In this document: positions 25,224-33,959 of the stretch, one piece after another
Layout: each line of letters starts with the position of its first letter
How positions within the stretch are numbered: position 1 is the stretch's first letter
Virus record (IMG/VR): IMGVR_UViG_3300020432_000020
Span: 1-36,871 of that record
DNA: 36,871 nt
DNA from: a virus
Taxonomy: Duplodnaviria > Caudoviricetes
Direction: 5' to 3' (one strand)
Position numbers and translations under genes: made by a program
The notes under the pieces: model-generated
Told to the model about the DNA's origin: nothing
The model's database searches: none
Seen by the model: the letters and a program-made list of their open reading frames with translations, nothing else

Positions 25224-26620
25224 TTGATTTTCAACACCCCAAGTACAAAGAAAACAAAGACAAATGGAAACTAATACATGACATTTGCGCAGCAAAAGAT
25301 TTAAAAGAATACCTTGTAAAAATAAACTCAACAGACAACTCTGTTCATGCCAAAAATCGCAGAGATCAATTTTTTAAAAGAAGTGTTTTTTATAGTATCG
25401 CTGGTTATACGGCTCAAGGATTTTTAGGTAAAGCGTTTAGTGAGCCTGCCAAGTGCGAAGTGCCGGAAAACCTAGATTACATCAAATATGATATAGACGG
25501 CGCTGGGGTTTCTATTTATCAGCAATGCCAAGAGGTTTTTAAAGATGTAGTTGAGGTTGGTAGAGCTGGCTTGTTGGTGGATTTCCCGCAGGTAGAAGGT
25601 GATGTATCAAGGCAAGATATGATAGATGGTCGTATTGCGGCAACTGTTACTAGGTTTCAAGCTGAACAAATTACAAATTGGCAAGTTAAAAAAATAGGCT
25701 CAAGAATGAAGCCTGTTTTAATCGTTCTGCAATCAACAGACCATGAAATGCATGATGATGGCTTTGGGTTCGAAGAAGTGCCGATTTATATTGAGCTGCG
25801 ATTAGAAGAAGAAGGTTATGTGCAAAGGGAGTATAGAAAAGAAAAGCATAGTGACAAGTGGTTTGTTCACAACGAAGTTACGCCAGTAAATGCAAGCGGT
25901 CAACGATTAGATTTTATTCCTTTTGTATTCGTCGGTTCGCAAGCTAACACGCCAAAAGTAGACTTTGCTCCAATGTATGATATAGCGAAAATAAACATTG
26001 GACACTACAACAACTCAGCAATTTATGAGGATTCTGTTTTTACGGTAGGTCAAGTGCAGCCTTTCATGACAGGCTTGTCAACAGATCATGTAGATGAGCT
26101 AAAAAAAGCTGGAATGTTTATCGGTTCTGGAACGCTTATGGCTGTTCCATCTGGCGAAAGTTTTGGCTTTGCGCAAGCTGCTCCTAACAGTCTTGCTAGA
26201 GAAGCAATGATGGACAAAATACAAATGATGATTGGTTTGGGCGCTATGTTCTTAACGCCGAACGGTGTAGCAAAAACAGCGACACAAGTTGACGGAGAGC
26301 TAATGGCCCAACACAGCATTTTAAGTTTAATTTCTGCGAATGTTAGCGACGCTTATGACCAAGCATTAGAATTCGTGCAGTTGTTTATGGGTGGCGCTGA
26401 GCCAGCAACCTTGTATATCAATCAAGAGTTTGTAAAACCAAACGCAACAGCTCAAGACATAACAGCAATGGTCTCATCATTCTTGCAGGGTGCTTTACCA
26501 ATTAGTGATTTGTTTGAGTGGCAACAACGACACGGCTTGGTAGACAAAGAAAAGTCTCTAGAAGATTACAGTCAAGAGTTAAGTGGCAATGCTGACTTTT
26601 CGGTACTGGAAGAAGAGTAA
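25220..26620 (+). CDS. Portal protein (DUF4055-like, 466 aa)
   Basis: Start revised to ATG 25220 (ATGA overlap); HP.Y...W, GRAGLLVD, I.NW, IPFVF.G, NI.HY..SA.YE, KTAT motifs. Confidence 0.92.
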   Translation: MIDFQHPKYKENKDKWKLIHDICAAKDLKEYLVKINSTDNSVHAKNRRDQFFKRSVFYSIAGYTAQGFLGKAFSEPAKCEVPENLDYIKYDIDGAGVSIYQQCQEVFKDVVEVGRAGLLVDFPQVEGDVSRQDMIDGRIAATVTRFQAEQITNWQVKKIGSRMKPVLIVLQSTDHEMHDDGFGFEEVPIYIELRLEEEGYVQREYRKEKHSDKWFVHNEVTPVNASGQRLDFIPFVFVGSQANTPKVDFAPMYDIAKINIGHYNNSAIYEDSVFTVGQVQPFMTGLSTDHVDELKKAGMFIGSGTLMAVPSGESFGFAQAAPNSLAREAMMDKIQMMIGLGAMFLTPNGVAKTATQVDGELMAQHSILSLISANVSDAYDQALEFVQLFMGGAEPATLYINQEFVKPNATAQDITAMVSSFLQGALPISDLFEWQQRHGLVDKEKSLEDYSQELSGNADFSVLEEE

Positions 26621-27714
26621 TGCCAGAAAGTCCAGAAGAGTTAACTGAAATAGCTACGCGCCATCAGGTTTATCTTGAAGGTCTAAAAACTCACGAAACA
26701 AAAAAAGCAGAAAAGTTTTTAAACGAAATAAACAAGATTGTTTCTATAAAGTTGGCTGGCAAAGATTTAACGGATTATTCTCGTATTCGCCTAAACAAGC
26801 TATTGAAGTCTATTAGAGCAGACTTAAAGATTGTGTCTGGTGAGTACGCCGCAATGATGGCGAAAGAATCAATAGACATTGCGAAATATGAGCGCAGCTT
26901 TGAATTGAAGTCATTAGGGCAAGTAGTAGCTTATGATTTTGTGGTTCCTACGGCCTCACAGCTACGGACAGCAATTTTTGAAAACCCTTTAACCATTAGC
27001 GGGGCTGACAACGGAAAGATGCTTAAACCGTTTCTCCGTGATGTTAGTAATCGCAGCGCGGAACAAATCGCTGGCATTATCCAAGCTGGTTACTACGAAG
27101 GACAAACTACTCCCCAAATAATAAAAAACATCAAAGGGACTAGGGGCGCTCGTTACACTGACGGTGCTTTATTCAGAATTAATAGGGCGCTAGGGGTTGC
27201 AACTAGAACGGCGGTTCAACACGCAGCGGTTCAGGCTAGAGAGGAGGTTTGGCAAAACAACAAAGACATTGTTAAAAAGGTTCGCTGGGTTAGCACATTA
27301 GACGGTCGTACTTCTGCGGTTTGCAGGTCGCTGGATGGGCGAGAGTTTCCTGTCGACAAAGGCATAAGACCACCAGCGCACCCGAATTGTCGCAGCACAG
27401 TTGTAGCCGTACTTGATAGTCGCTTTGACGCTTTGGACAGAGGAGCTACAAGAAAAGCAAGGTCTAGAAATGCACAAGGCGAAAGTGTTGTCCAAAATGT
27501 TTCTGCAAAAGAAACTTATTACTCTTGGTTAAAAAGACAGCCAGCAGCATTTCAGGCGTCTGTAATCGGGGAAAGTAGAGCTAAACTTTTAAGGAATGGG
27601 GGAATGTCTGCGGATAGGTTTTCAGAATTACAACTAAGCAGTAACTTCAAAGAAATGACTCTAGCCGATTTAAACCAGCTAGAGCCACAAGCTTTCCAAA
27701 AAGCTAATATATAG
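26620..27714 (+). CDS. Minor head/head morphogenesis protein (SPP1 gp7/Mu F-like)
   Basis: RT...H, W.STLDGRTS.VC..LDG..F, PPAHPNCRS, TY..WL motifs. Confidence 0.93.
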   Translation: MPESPEELTEIATRHQVYLEGLKTHETKKAEKFLNEINKIVSIKLAGKDLTDYSRIRLNKLLKSIRADLKIVSGEYAAMMAKESIDIAKYERSFELKSLGQVVAYDFVVPTASQLRTAIFENPLTISGADNGKMLKPFLRDVSNRSAEQIAGIIQAGYYEGQTTPQIIKNIKGTRGARYTDGALFRINRALGVATRTAVQHAAVQAREEVWQNNKDIVKKVRWVSTLDGRTSAVCRSLDGREFPVDKGIRPPAHPNCRSTVVAVLDSRFDALDRGATRKARSRNAQGESVVQNVSAKETYYSWLKRQPAAFQASVIGESRAKLLRNGGMSADRFSELQLSSNFKEMTLADLNQLEPQAFQKANI

Positions 27715-27940
27715 CAGAATCCCCTTGTTTCAATTCTTCTCGGGGAACCTTGTACTCTTCCGGCAAGTCTTCGTCTTTATAGATTAGGGCTATGGTTTGC
27801 TCCATAGTTAGGGATATACCCATATTGTCAGACCTATAAAGCATAATTGCTCGTAACATTTTCTTAGATTCGTGGCTTACTTGGTTTCTAAGAGTTGTTT
27901 TCACTTTTTTACCGCTTTTCTTATATTTAAACTCACTCAT
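27704..27940 (-). CDS. Hypothetical basic protein, possible DNA-binding regulator (78 aa)
   Basis: GGGAG RBS and own promoter motif; strand-helix-helix-like pattern (weak). Confidence 0.7.
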   Translation of the reverse strand: MSEFKYKKSGKKVKTTLRNQVSHESKKMLRAIMLYRSDNMGISLTMEQTIALIYKDEDLPEEYKVPREELKQGDSAIY

Positions 27941-27968
27941 ACGTAGTCTCCTTATTAAAAGTAAAGCT

Positions 27969-27990
27969 ATTATAAATAATAATATTTATA
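27969..27990 (-). promoter_or_regulatory. Conserved promoter/operator, copy 5
   Basis: TATAAATA-ttatta-TTTATAAT; TTTACT-N17-TATAAT. Confidence 0.8.
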
Positions 27991-28026
27991 AAGTAAAGGA
28001 TTATTTTATAAATATTTATTTCTCTC

Positions 28027-28329
28027 CTATCTCATGGAATCGGTTACTGTGTTTTCGTCAATGTGTGCGCCATCTCTTTGCAGGCAGCGTATGGCTTCTT
28101 TCTTGCTCTCAAAACCGCAACAATGTTGGTCGTCATAATCAAGCACTTGCATATCGGTTCCTTTAAATCGGTAAACAGGGTCGGCAATGCGCCATTTGCA
28201 CCAAGCGGGAGATTCTCCGTTAGTCCACACCATAACGGTTACTGTGGGCTTGACGTTCTCAGTATCAGTAACGGTAACTTCGTATTCACCTATTAACTTC
28301 CCCTTTCTGCTTTTAGTTGTATATCTCAT
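28027..28329 (-). CDS. Hypothetical protein (100 aa)
   Basis: GGAGAG RBS and own promoter motif. Confidence 0.75.
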   Translation of the reverse strand: MRYTTKSRKGKLIGEYEVTVTDTENVKPTVTVMVWTNGESPAWCKWRIADPVYRFKGTDMQVLDYDDQHCCGFESKKEAIRCLQRDGAHIDENTVTDSMR

Positions 28330-28358
28330 TCCTGCTCTCCGTTATTCAATATAAAACC

Positions 28359-28380
28359 ATTATAAAGTTATTTATTTATA
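28359..28380 (-). promoter_or_regulatory. Conserved promoter/operator, copy 6
   Basis: TATAAATA-aataac-TTTATAAT, with TTTACA upstream (18-nt spacer). Confidence 0.8.
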
Positions 28381-28454
28381 TATGTAAAGCATTATTTTAT
28401 ATTTTTTATACATAAAAACAGAGAAAATTAAGACCTTCATCAAGGTGTCTTAAT

Positions 28455-28922
28455 ATGCTTGAAATCGGCGCAGCCATAGCGACAGCTACAGGCGCATTAA
28501 AATTAGTTGAGCAAGGCTTAAAAACTGGTAAAAGTGTTGGCGAAATGCTGCCTAGCTTTGAAAGATTTTTTAACGCAAAAGACGATATAGCCCTAGCTCA
28601 AGAAGAAGTAAACAATCCCTCATTCGCTACAAAAACGCTGAAAAACGAGACTATTAACGCTTATGCTTTGAGAATTGCAACGGCAAACAAAGACGCTAGA
28701 GAGATGGAAAAAAGACTTAGAGAAGTTTTTATTTATTCTGGCAATGAGGATGTTTACAAAGAAATGTTGAGACATAGAAAAGCAGAACGAAGAAGAAGAA
28801 TGGAAGTAGCGCGAGCAGCAATGGCTAGAAAAAGATTCATACAAGACATGACTTTGTTGGCTGCTATCGTTGTAGCAGGCATTATAGGTTTTGCTGGATT
28901 GCTCTATATGCTAATGAATTGA
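28455..28922 (+). CDS. Hypothetical protein with C-terminal transmembrane anchor (155 aa)
   Basis: Amphipathic N-terminus, charged helix, hydrophobic tail LLAAIVVAGIIGFAGLLYML. Confidence 0.8.
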   Translation: MLEIGAAIATATGALKLVEQGLKTGKSVGEMLPSFERFFNAKDDIALAQEEVNNPSFATKTLKNETINAYALRIATANKDAREMEKRLREVFIYSGNEDVYKEMLRHRKAERRRRMEVARAAMARKRFIQDMTLLAAIVVAGIIGFAGLLYMLMN

Positions 28923-28942
28923 TGAGCATTGTTTAACGTATG

Positions 28943-28971
28943 TTGCTTATTTTTTTTCTTGACACTAAAAT
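28943..28971 (+). promoter_or_regulatory. Sigma70-like promoter for the scaffold/capsid operon
   Basis: TTGCTT-N17-TAAAAT in the intergenic gap. Confidence 0.45.
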
Positions 28972-29014
28972 ACTCTAGTCGCTAACAGGGTTAGCATTAT
29001 CTCGGAGAGATTAT

Positions 29015-29731
29015 ATGATTGAGTACGAGCGCGAGAGCATTGAAGATTTAGCAGAGAGCGTACAAGAACTTTACGAAAAAGACGGCGATAAATTTAAACT
29101 AAAAATAGACGGATTGCCGAAGCCAGAAAAAGAAGATGTTAGTGGACTGAAAGCAAAAGTTGATGAACTACTAACAGAGGCTAAGAAGGCTAAAGCAAAA
29201 GCAAGAGAAGCAGCAGAAGAGGCTGAACAAGCCAAGGTTGATGCTGCCAAAAAAGGGAATGACACGGAAGCACTAGACAACTCTTGGAAGGCTAAATATT
29301 CCAGTAGAGAAACAGAGCTTCAAGAGCAGATTGATAGTCTAACAAATACAGTTGTTAGTTTGACATCAGGCCAAACAGCTACAGAGATAGCCTCTGAAAT
29401 CGCTATACAAGGATCGGCACAGGTTTTGTTGCCACACATTGAAAAGCGATTAAAAACAGAGCATAGAGATGGTAAGCCACAAACAATCGTTTTAGACGAT
29501 AAAGGGCAACCGTCAGCTATGACTGTAGACGAATTGAAAACGGAATTTCAAAATGACGCAGCGTTTGCTCCGTTGATTGTAGGAACTAAGGCCAATGGCG
29601 CGGGGCGTACTGGCGGGAAGGAAAGTGGCGGTGCTACTGACCAAGAAATAACACGCTCAGATTTTGACGCTATGAGTCAATATGAGCGTTCCAAGTACGC
29701 CAAAGGTGGCGGCAAAATTATTGACGATTGA
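29015..29731 (+). CDS. Capsid scaffolding protein (238 aa)
   Basis: LY.....F.L.IDG...EDVSGLK.K..ELL.E.K, coiled coil, Gly-rich linker, immediately before the capsid gene. Confidence 0.85.
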   Translation: MIEYERESIEDLAESVQELYEKDGDKFKLKIDGLPKPEKEDVSGLKAKVDELLTEAKKAKAKAREAAEEAEQAKVDAAKKGNDTEALDNSWKAKYSSRETELQEQIDSLTNTVVSLTSGQTATEIASEIAIQGSAQVLLPHIEKRLKTEHRDGKPQTIVLDDKGQPSAMTVDELKTEFQNDAAFAPLIVGTKANGAGRTGGKESGGATDQEITRSDFDAMSQYERSKYAKGGGKIIDD

Positions 29732-29742
29732 GGTAATTGGCA

Positions 29743-30906
29743 ATGGCTAATGTTCTAACTGACTTAGCAGCAGACATTTACACGGCAGCCGACCAAGTTG
29801 GTCGTGAGCTAGTTGGCGTAATTCCATCTGCTACTATTAACACATCTGCAACAGAAAGAGCCGCGCAAGGCGACAGCATTCGCGCAGCGGTAACAAGAGA
29901 GGTGAGTGTTGGTACTGTCTCACCATCAATGACCATTCCAGAGGGCACAGACCAAACCGTTGACAACAAGGTTATGACCTTGGACACAACTGCGTCTGTT
30001 AAGATTCCTTGGACAGGTGAAGATATTAAGCACGTTGATAATGGCGCTGGTTTTCAAACCGTTTACGGTGATCAAATCAAGCAAGCCATGAGAGCTATCA
30101 CTAATCAAATCGAAACCCAAGTGGCTGCTGATGTTGCCAAGTATGCTTCAAGAGCGAAGGGTACGGCTGGCACTACCCCATTTGGAAGCAATATTGATTT
30201 GGTTGCTGAGATTAGACAGATTCTAGTAGATAACGGATGCCCAGCTACAGACGGTCAAGTTTCTTTGGTCATGAATAGCGCGGCAGGTACAAAGCTAAGA
30301 AATTTAGCTTCTTTGCAGTCCGTTAATCAAGCTGGTGGTGACGCATTGCTCCGCAGAGGAACATTGCTTGACCTACAAGGCATGATGATTAAGGAATCTG
30401 CTGGTATTGGCACACACACAGCAGGAACAGCATCTAGCGCAACAACTGATAACGCTGGTTATGCTGCTGGAGCGACTACAATCACTCTAGCTTCCGCTGG
30501 AACTGGAACTATACTTGTTGGTGACGTTATTAGCTTTGCTGGTGACTCTAACAAGTATGTTGTTACTTCTGGTGATGCGGATGTATCTGGTGGTGGAACT
30601 ATTACGATAGCGACTCCTGGACTTCAAACTGCGATTGCTTCATCTGCAACTGCGATAACAGTCGTTTCTGACTTCACAGCGAACGTAGCTTTTCACAAAA
30701 GCGCGGTTGAAGTTGGTGTGCGAGGGTTAGCGCAGCCTAGCGGTGGTGATGCTGCCGTCGACCGTTTGACAGTACAAGACCCGTTCTCTGGCCTCGTTTA
30801 TGACGTAGCAGCCTATAAAGGCTATAACAAAGCTATGTTTGATGTGTCCGTTCTTTATGGATACAAAGTTTGGAAGCCAGATTTCTGCGCCGTCTTGAAA
30901 GGCTAG
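29743..30906 (+). CDS. Major capsid protein (P22-coat-like with insertion domain, 387 aa)
   Basis: GAGG RBS; MAN.LT.L, V.REL.G.IP, T/G/A-rich insertion with GDVI.FAG, C-terminal YG.K..KP; position after scaffold. Confidence 0.93.
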   Translation: MANVLTDLAADIYTAADQVGRELVGVIPSATINTSATERAAQGDSIRAAVTREVSVGTVSPSMTIPEGTDQTVDNKVMTLDTTASVKIPWTGEDIKHVDNGAGFQTVYGDQIKQAMRAITNQIETQVAADVAKYASRAKGTAGTTPFGSNIDLVAEIRQILVDNGCPATDGQVSLVMNSAAGTKLRNLASLQSVNQAGGDALLRRGTLLDLQGMMIKESAGIGTHTAGTASSATTDNAGYAAGATTITLASAGTGTILVGDVISFAGDSNKYVVTSGDADVSGGGTITIATPGLQTAIASSATAITVVSDFTANVAFHKSAVEVGVRGLAQPSGGDAAVDRLTVQDPFSGLVYDVAAYKGYNKAMFDVSVLYGYKVWKPDFCAVLKG

Positions 30907-30915
30907 TCATCTATC

Positions 30916-30946
30916 TAAGGGGGTGTAAAAACCCCCTTATCTTTTT
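30916..30946 (+). terminator. Stem-loop/terminator after the capsid gene
   Basis: TAAGGGGGT-gtaaaa-ACCCCCTTA followed by TCTTTTT. Confidence 0.7.
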
Positions 30947-30958
30947 GAGGTATAAATT

Positions 30959-31030
30959 ATGTGGACTAAACCAACTTACGAAAATGTGCGACTTGGTTTT
31001 GAAATCACAATGTATTTCAACAATCGTTAG
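30959..31030 (+). CDS. pqqA: Pyrroloquinoline quinone precursor peptide PqqA (MWTKPTYENVRLGFEITMYFNNR)
   Basis: GAGG RBS; 23 aa; matches the PqqA pattern MW.KP.Y...R.GFE.T.Y...R with Glu15-x3-Tyr19; stop overlaps the next RBS (TAGGAG). Confidence 0.93.
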   Translation: MWTKPTYENVRLGFEITMYFNNR

Positions 31031-31039
31031 GAGCAGTTT

Positions 31040-31324
31040 GTGGCTAAAAAAGACCCTAGACTAACTAGAGCTGGTGTGTCTGGATACAACAAGCCAAAAC
31101 GTACACCGAAGCACCCAACAAAATCTCATGTGGTCGTAGCAAAAGAAGGCGACAAAATAAAAACTATCCGTTTTGGTCAGCAGGGTGTTTCCGGTTCTCC
31201 GGCAAAAAAAGGTGAAAGCAAATCTGAAACAGCTAGACGTAAATCGTTTAAAGCGAGACACGCTAAAAATATAGCCAAAGGAAAAATGTCAGCGGCTTAT
31301 TGGTCTAACAAGGAAAAATGGTAA
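31040..31324 (+). CDS. Highly basic phage protein (94 aa)
   Basis: AGGAG RBS, GTG start; K/R-rich; K.IRFGQ.G, RRKSF.ARH and SA.YW...KW motifs. Confidence 0.85.
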   Translation: MAKKDPRLTRAGVSGYNKPKRTPKHPTKSHVVVAKEGDKIKTIRFGQQGVSGSPAKKGESKSETARRKSFKARHAKNIAKGKMSAAYWSNKEKW

Positions 31325-31449
31325 TGCCGATTAGAAAGTCTAAAAAAGGTTATAAAATTGATAACACTTCTGGCTACAGCAAGACTAAAAAGCAAGCCCA
31401 AAGTAGGCTCAAAGCAATTAAAGCCAATCAAAAAGGTAAGCGAAAATGA
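31324..31449 (+). CDS. Small highly basic protein (41 aa, MPIRKSKKGYKIDNTSGYSKTKKQAQSRLKAIKANQKGKRK), not in the ORF track
   Basis: TAATG coupling upstream and ATGA coupling downstream; fills the gap exactly. Confidence 0.8.
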   Translation: MPIRKSKKGYKIDNTSGYSKTKKQAQSRLKAIKANQKGKRK

Positions 31450-31955
31450 CAACCATAGTGGTCGAAAATGGAACAATAGTTACAGGCGCTAATAGCTATG
31501 TGACTATGGCTGAATATATAGATTATGCCGCAAGTCTCAATGTAACTATTACAGACTTACAGATTTATAGAACGCAACTCATTAAGGCTGCGCAGTTTAT
31601 AGATGGGCTGGAAAATGTTTTAAAAGGCGACACTGTCGAAAAGACTCAACCTATGGCTTTTCCAAGGAACAACTTAACAGATATAAACGGCTGGTCTTGG
31701 GACAACGATGAAATACCAACCGTGTTAAAACAGGCTCAAATGTCTTTAGCTATTGATATTAATGACGGTGAAGATTTGTGGAATTTATCGCAAAGCGGAG
31801 CTACAGGGATTAAAAGAGAAAAAGTAGATGGTGCGGTAGAGGTAGAGTATGCGGTTTCTGAAACAGGTCGATTGCCCTATAACAGTAGGAGCCAAGCCCT
31901 GCTAATGTCTTTAATGAGATACAACGGTCTAGGTATTCCTTTGGTAATGTCATGA
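31446..31955 (+). CDS. Head-tail adaptor/connector (169 aa)
   Basis: IVVE.G....ANSY, Q...FPR, IP...K.AQ..LA, EKV...V.VEY motifs; position. Confidence 0.8.
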   Translation: MTTIVVENGTIVTGANSYVTMAEYIDYAASLNVTITDLQIYRTQLIKAAQFIDGLENVLKGDTVEKTQPMAFPRNNLTDINGWSWDNDEIPTVLKQAQMSLAIDINDGEDLWNLSQSGATGIKREKVDGAVEVEYAVSETGRLPYNSRSQALLMSLMRYNGLGIPLVMS

Positions 31956-32311
31956 GCGCAGCCTTTTATACAAGCATGGCAGCGACAGCAGCCAAGCTAT
32001 TAAAAAAATTTGGAATGGAAATAACAATAAAGCGCACTACTGGTGACAGCGTTAATCCTGTAACTGGTGCGGTAACTGCGGGAACGACAACAACATACAC
32101 ACCAAATGGATTAGTGCAAAGATATAGAAACGATCAAATTGATGGAACTAGAATAATGTCATCAGACAGGCTTGTTATTGTCGATAACACAATAGAGCCA
32201 CTAACTACTGATGAGATTGTTTTGTCTGGTCAAGATTGGACTATCGTAAATGTTGAAGAGGCCAAGCCTGCAACGGTGGGCGTTGTTTACTTCATACAAG
32301 CGAGGAAATAA
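31952..32311 (+). CDS. Head closure (stopper) protein (119 aa)
   Basis: FY......A..LL.KFG, IDGT.I...D, P......Y..Q.R; position. Confidence 0.75.
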   Translation: MSAAFYTSMAATAAKLLKKFGMEITIKRTTGDSVNPVTGAVTAGTTTTYTPNGLVQRYRNDQIDGTRIMSSDRLVIVDNTIEPLTTDEIVLSGQDWTIVNVEEAKPATVGVVYFIQARK

Positions 32312-32676
32312 TGGCTAGAGTTGATATTTCACAATGGGCCAAAAAAGCTGAACTTAGTTTAGAAGAGGCAGCTAGGGGCATAACTCTAAAATTGTTTTCT
32401 AGCGTCATAATGGACACTAGGGTTGATACTGGTCGTATGCGAGGCAACTGGCAAGCAAGCATTGGAAGCCCAAGGGCTAACGAAACTGACAGCAAAGACC
32501 CAGCAGGCCAATCAACTGTTCAACAAATGTCTGCAACTGTTAGGTCAGGCACATTAAACATTATGACTAACAATGTTCCTTATGCTCCGTATTGGGAGCA
32601 ACATGATGGGATGATTGCTAAGAACATGGCAAGAATTAACAGAATAGTGCGAGAAGAAGTAGCGAAGGCAAAATAA
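32311..32676 (+). CDS. HK97 gp10-like neck/tail completion protein (121 aa)
   Basis: VDTGR.R.NW and NNVPYA..E motifs. Confidence 0.82.
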   Translation: MARVDISQWAKKAELSLEEAARGITLKLFSSVIMDTRVDTGRMRGNWQASIGSPRANETDSKDPAGQSTVQQMSATVRSGTLNIMTNNVPYAPYWEQHDGMIAKNMARINRIVREEVAKAK

Positions 32677-33074
32677 TGAGCTTAAAAATAGATCAAGCAT
32701 TTATAGAGAGCTTTATTAACGCTAATTTTGGGTTAGAAATTGCCTATCAAAATTTGCCTTATGAGCCTACGGCTAACATACCTTATGCCGAGCTTCTTAA
32801 TATACCTAATGACATAACCGCACTAGACCTAAATGATACAAATGAAACAGACGGATTGTTTCGTGTCATTTTGCGTTATCCCGCTGAAACAGGGGCAATA
32901 ACGCCAAAAACAAAGGCCGAAGAAATTATGGCTCATTACCGCATTGGTAGTAGTGTTTCATATTCCGGTCAATCTGCTAGAATAACCGCAGTATCTCGCC
33001 AAGCCGGACTCGTAGAGGAAAGCTGGTATGTTACTGTAATTACTATTACATATAGAGCTTTCATACAGAGGTAA
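32676..33074 (+). CDS. Tail terminator protein (132 aa)
   Basis: IAY.N..Y.P, G.F.V...YP...G motifs; position before the tail tube gene. Confidence 0.75.
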   Translation: MSLKIDQAFIESFINANFGLEIAYQNLPYEPTANIPYAELLNIPNDITALDLNDTNETDGLFRVILRYPAETGAITPKTKAEEIMAHYRIGSSVSYSGQSARITAVSRQAGLVEESWYVTVITITYRAFIQR

Positions 33075-33080
33075 ATTAAA

Positions 33081-33536
33081 ATGCCAAATTCAGCACAAAC
33101 TCTAGTGGATAGTGTTATAGCTATATCGGCTTCACTACCAACTACATTTGACTCAGACGGAACTACTGGCTACCCATCCCTTACGTTCACTACAGTTGGA
33201 CAAGTGACAGATTGGGCTGCTGGCGGTCAAACTTATAATATCGTTACGTCTAATCCAATCAATCAACGGTCAACTGACAAGTATAAAGGGACTTACAACA
33301 ATGATGCGGACAGCATTACAGTTAACCGTGATGATGATGACGCTGGGCAAGTAATTGTATTAGCGGGTCTTTCTGCTGACGCAGATTATTCGTTCAAGGT
33401 TACTTATCAAGATGCAACAGATGATTATTTCACAGGCAAGATTGTTTCTTTCAACACTGTCGCTGGGGGCGCGGATTCATTGGTTCAAAGAACCATCCAA
33501 GTGGAGCGTACTCGGCCGACAGTTACAACCGTATAG
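33081..33536 (+). CDS. Major tail tube protein (151 aa)
   Basis: P.TFD...Y..L.FT.VG, K.KG..N, D..D.GQ motifs; GAGG RBS. Confidence 0.85.
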   Translation: MPNSAQTLVDSVIAISASLPTTFDSDGTTGYPSLTFTTVGQVTDWAAGGQTYNIVTSNPINQRSTDKYKGTYNNDADSITVNRDDDDAGQVIVLAGLSADADYSFKVTYQDATDDYFTGKIVSFNTVAGGADSLVQRTIQVERTRPTVTTV

Positions 33537-33545
33537 GGGTAACTT

Positions 33546-33959
33546 ATGGACTTGAGCACTATCGACTTAACGGCAGCAGCGGACAAAGGCGTTACAGTTA
33601 CTTTGTACAACCCTGTCACTGGAGAGATTTTAGAAGATGAAGGCGGTAAAAATGTCACGATAAAAGTTTTAGGTCGAGATTCTAAAAAATGGCAAAACGT
33701 CATGAGAAGAATGGAAACCAAAAACGCACAAAAATATCGTGGTAAAACCGTTCCTCAAACAGTTGTTGAAAACAATGTTCGTGAGGCGCTAGCTGAGTGT
33801 ACTGTAAGCTGGACAAATTTAGATTTCGAGGGCGAAAAGTTACCTTGTAACAAGGAAAATGCCCTCAAAATCTACACTAAAAGAGCTTGGATAGCTGAAC
33901 AGGTTATTGAAGAAGTTGCAGATAGGGCAAACTACGATACAAAGTCACTAAGCAGCTAG
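33546..33959 (+). CDS. Tail assembly chaperone (137 aa)
   Basis: L..P.TG, I...G.DS, LA.....W, WI.EQV motifs; between tube and tape measure genes. Confidence 0.85.
   Translation: MDLSTIDLTAAADKGVTVTLYNPVTGEILEDEGGKNVTIKVLGRDSKKWQNVMRRMETKNAQKYRGKTVPQTVVENNVREALAECTVSWTNLDFEGEKLPCNKENALKIYTKRAWIAEQVIEEVADRANYDTKSLSS

Noticed and set aside
30870-31064. 64-aa ORF from the track spanning the capsid end
   Set aside because: It starts at TTG inside the capsid gene, crosses the terminator and overlaps pqqA, which has an RBS and a family motif.
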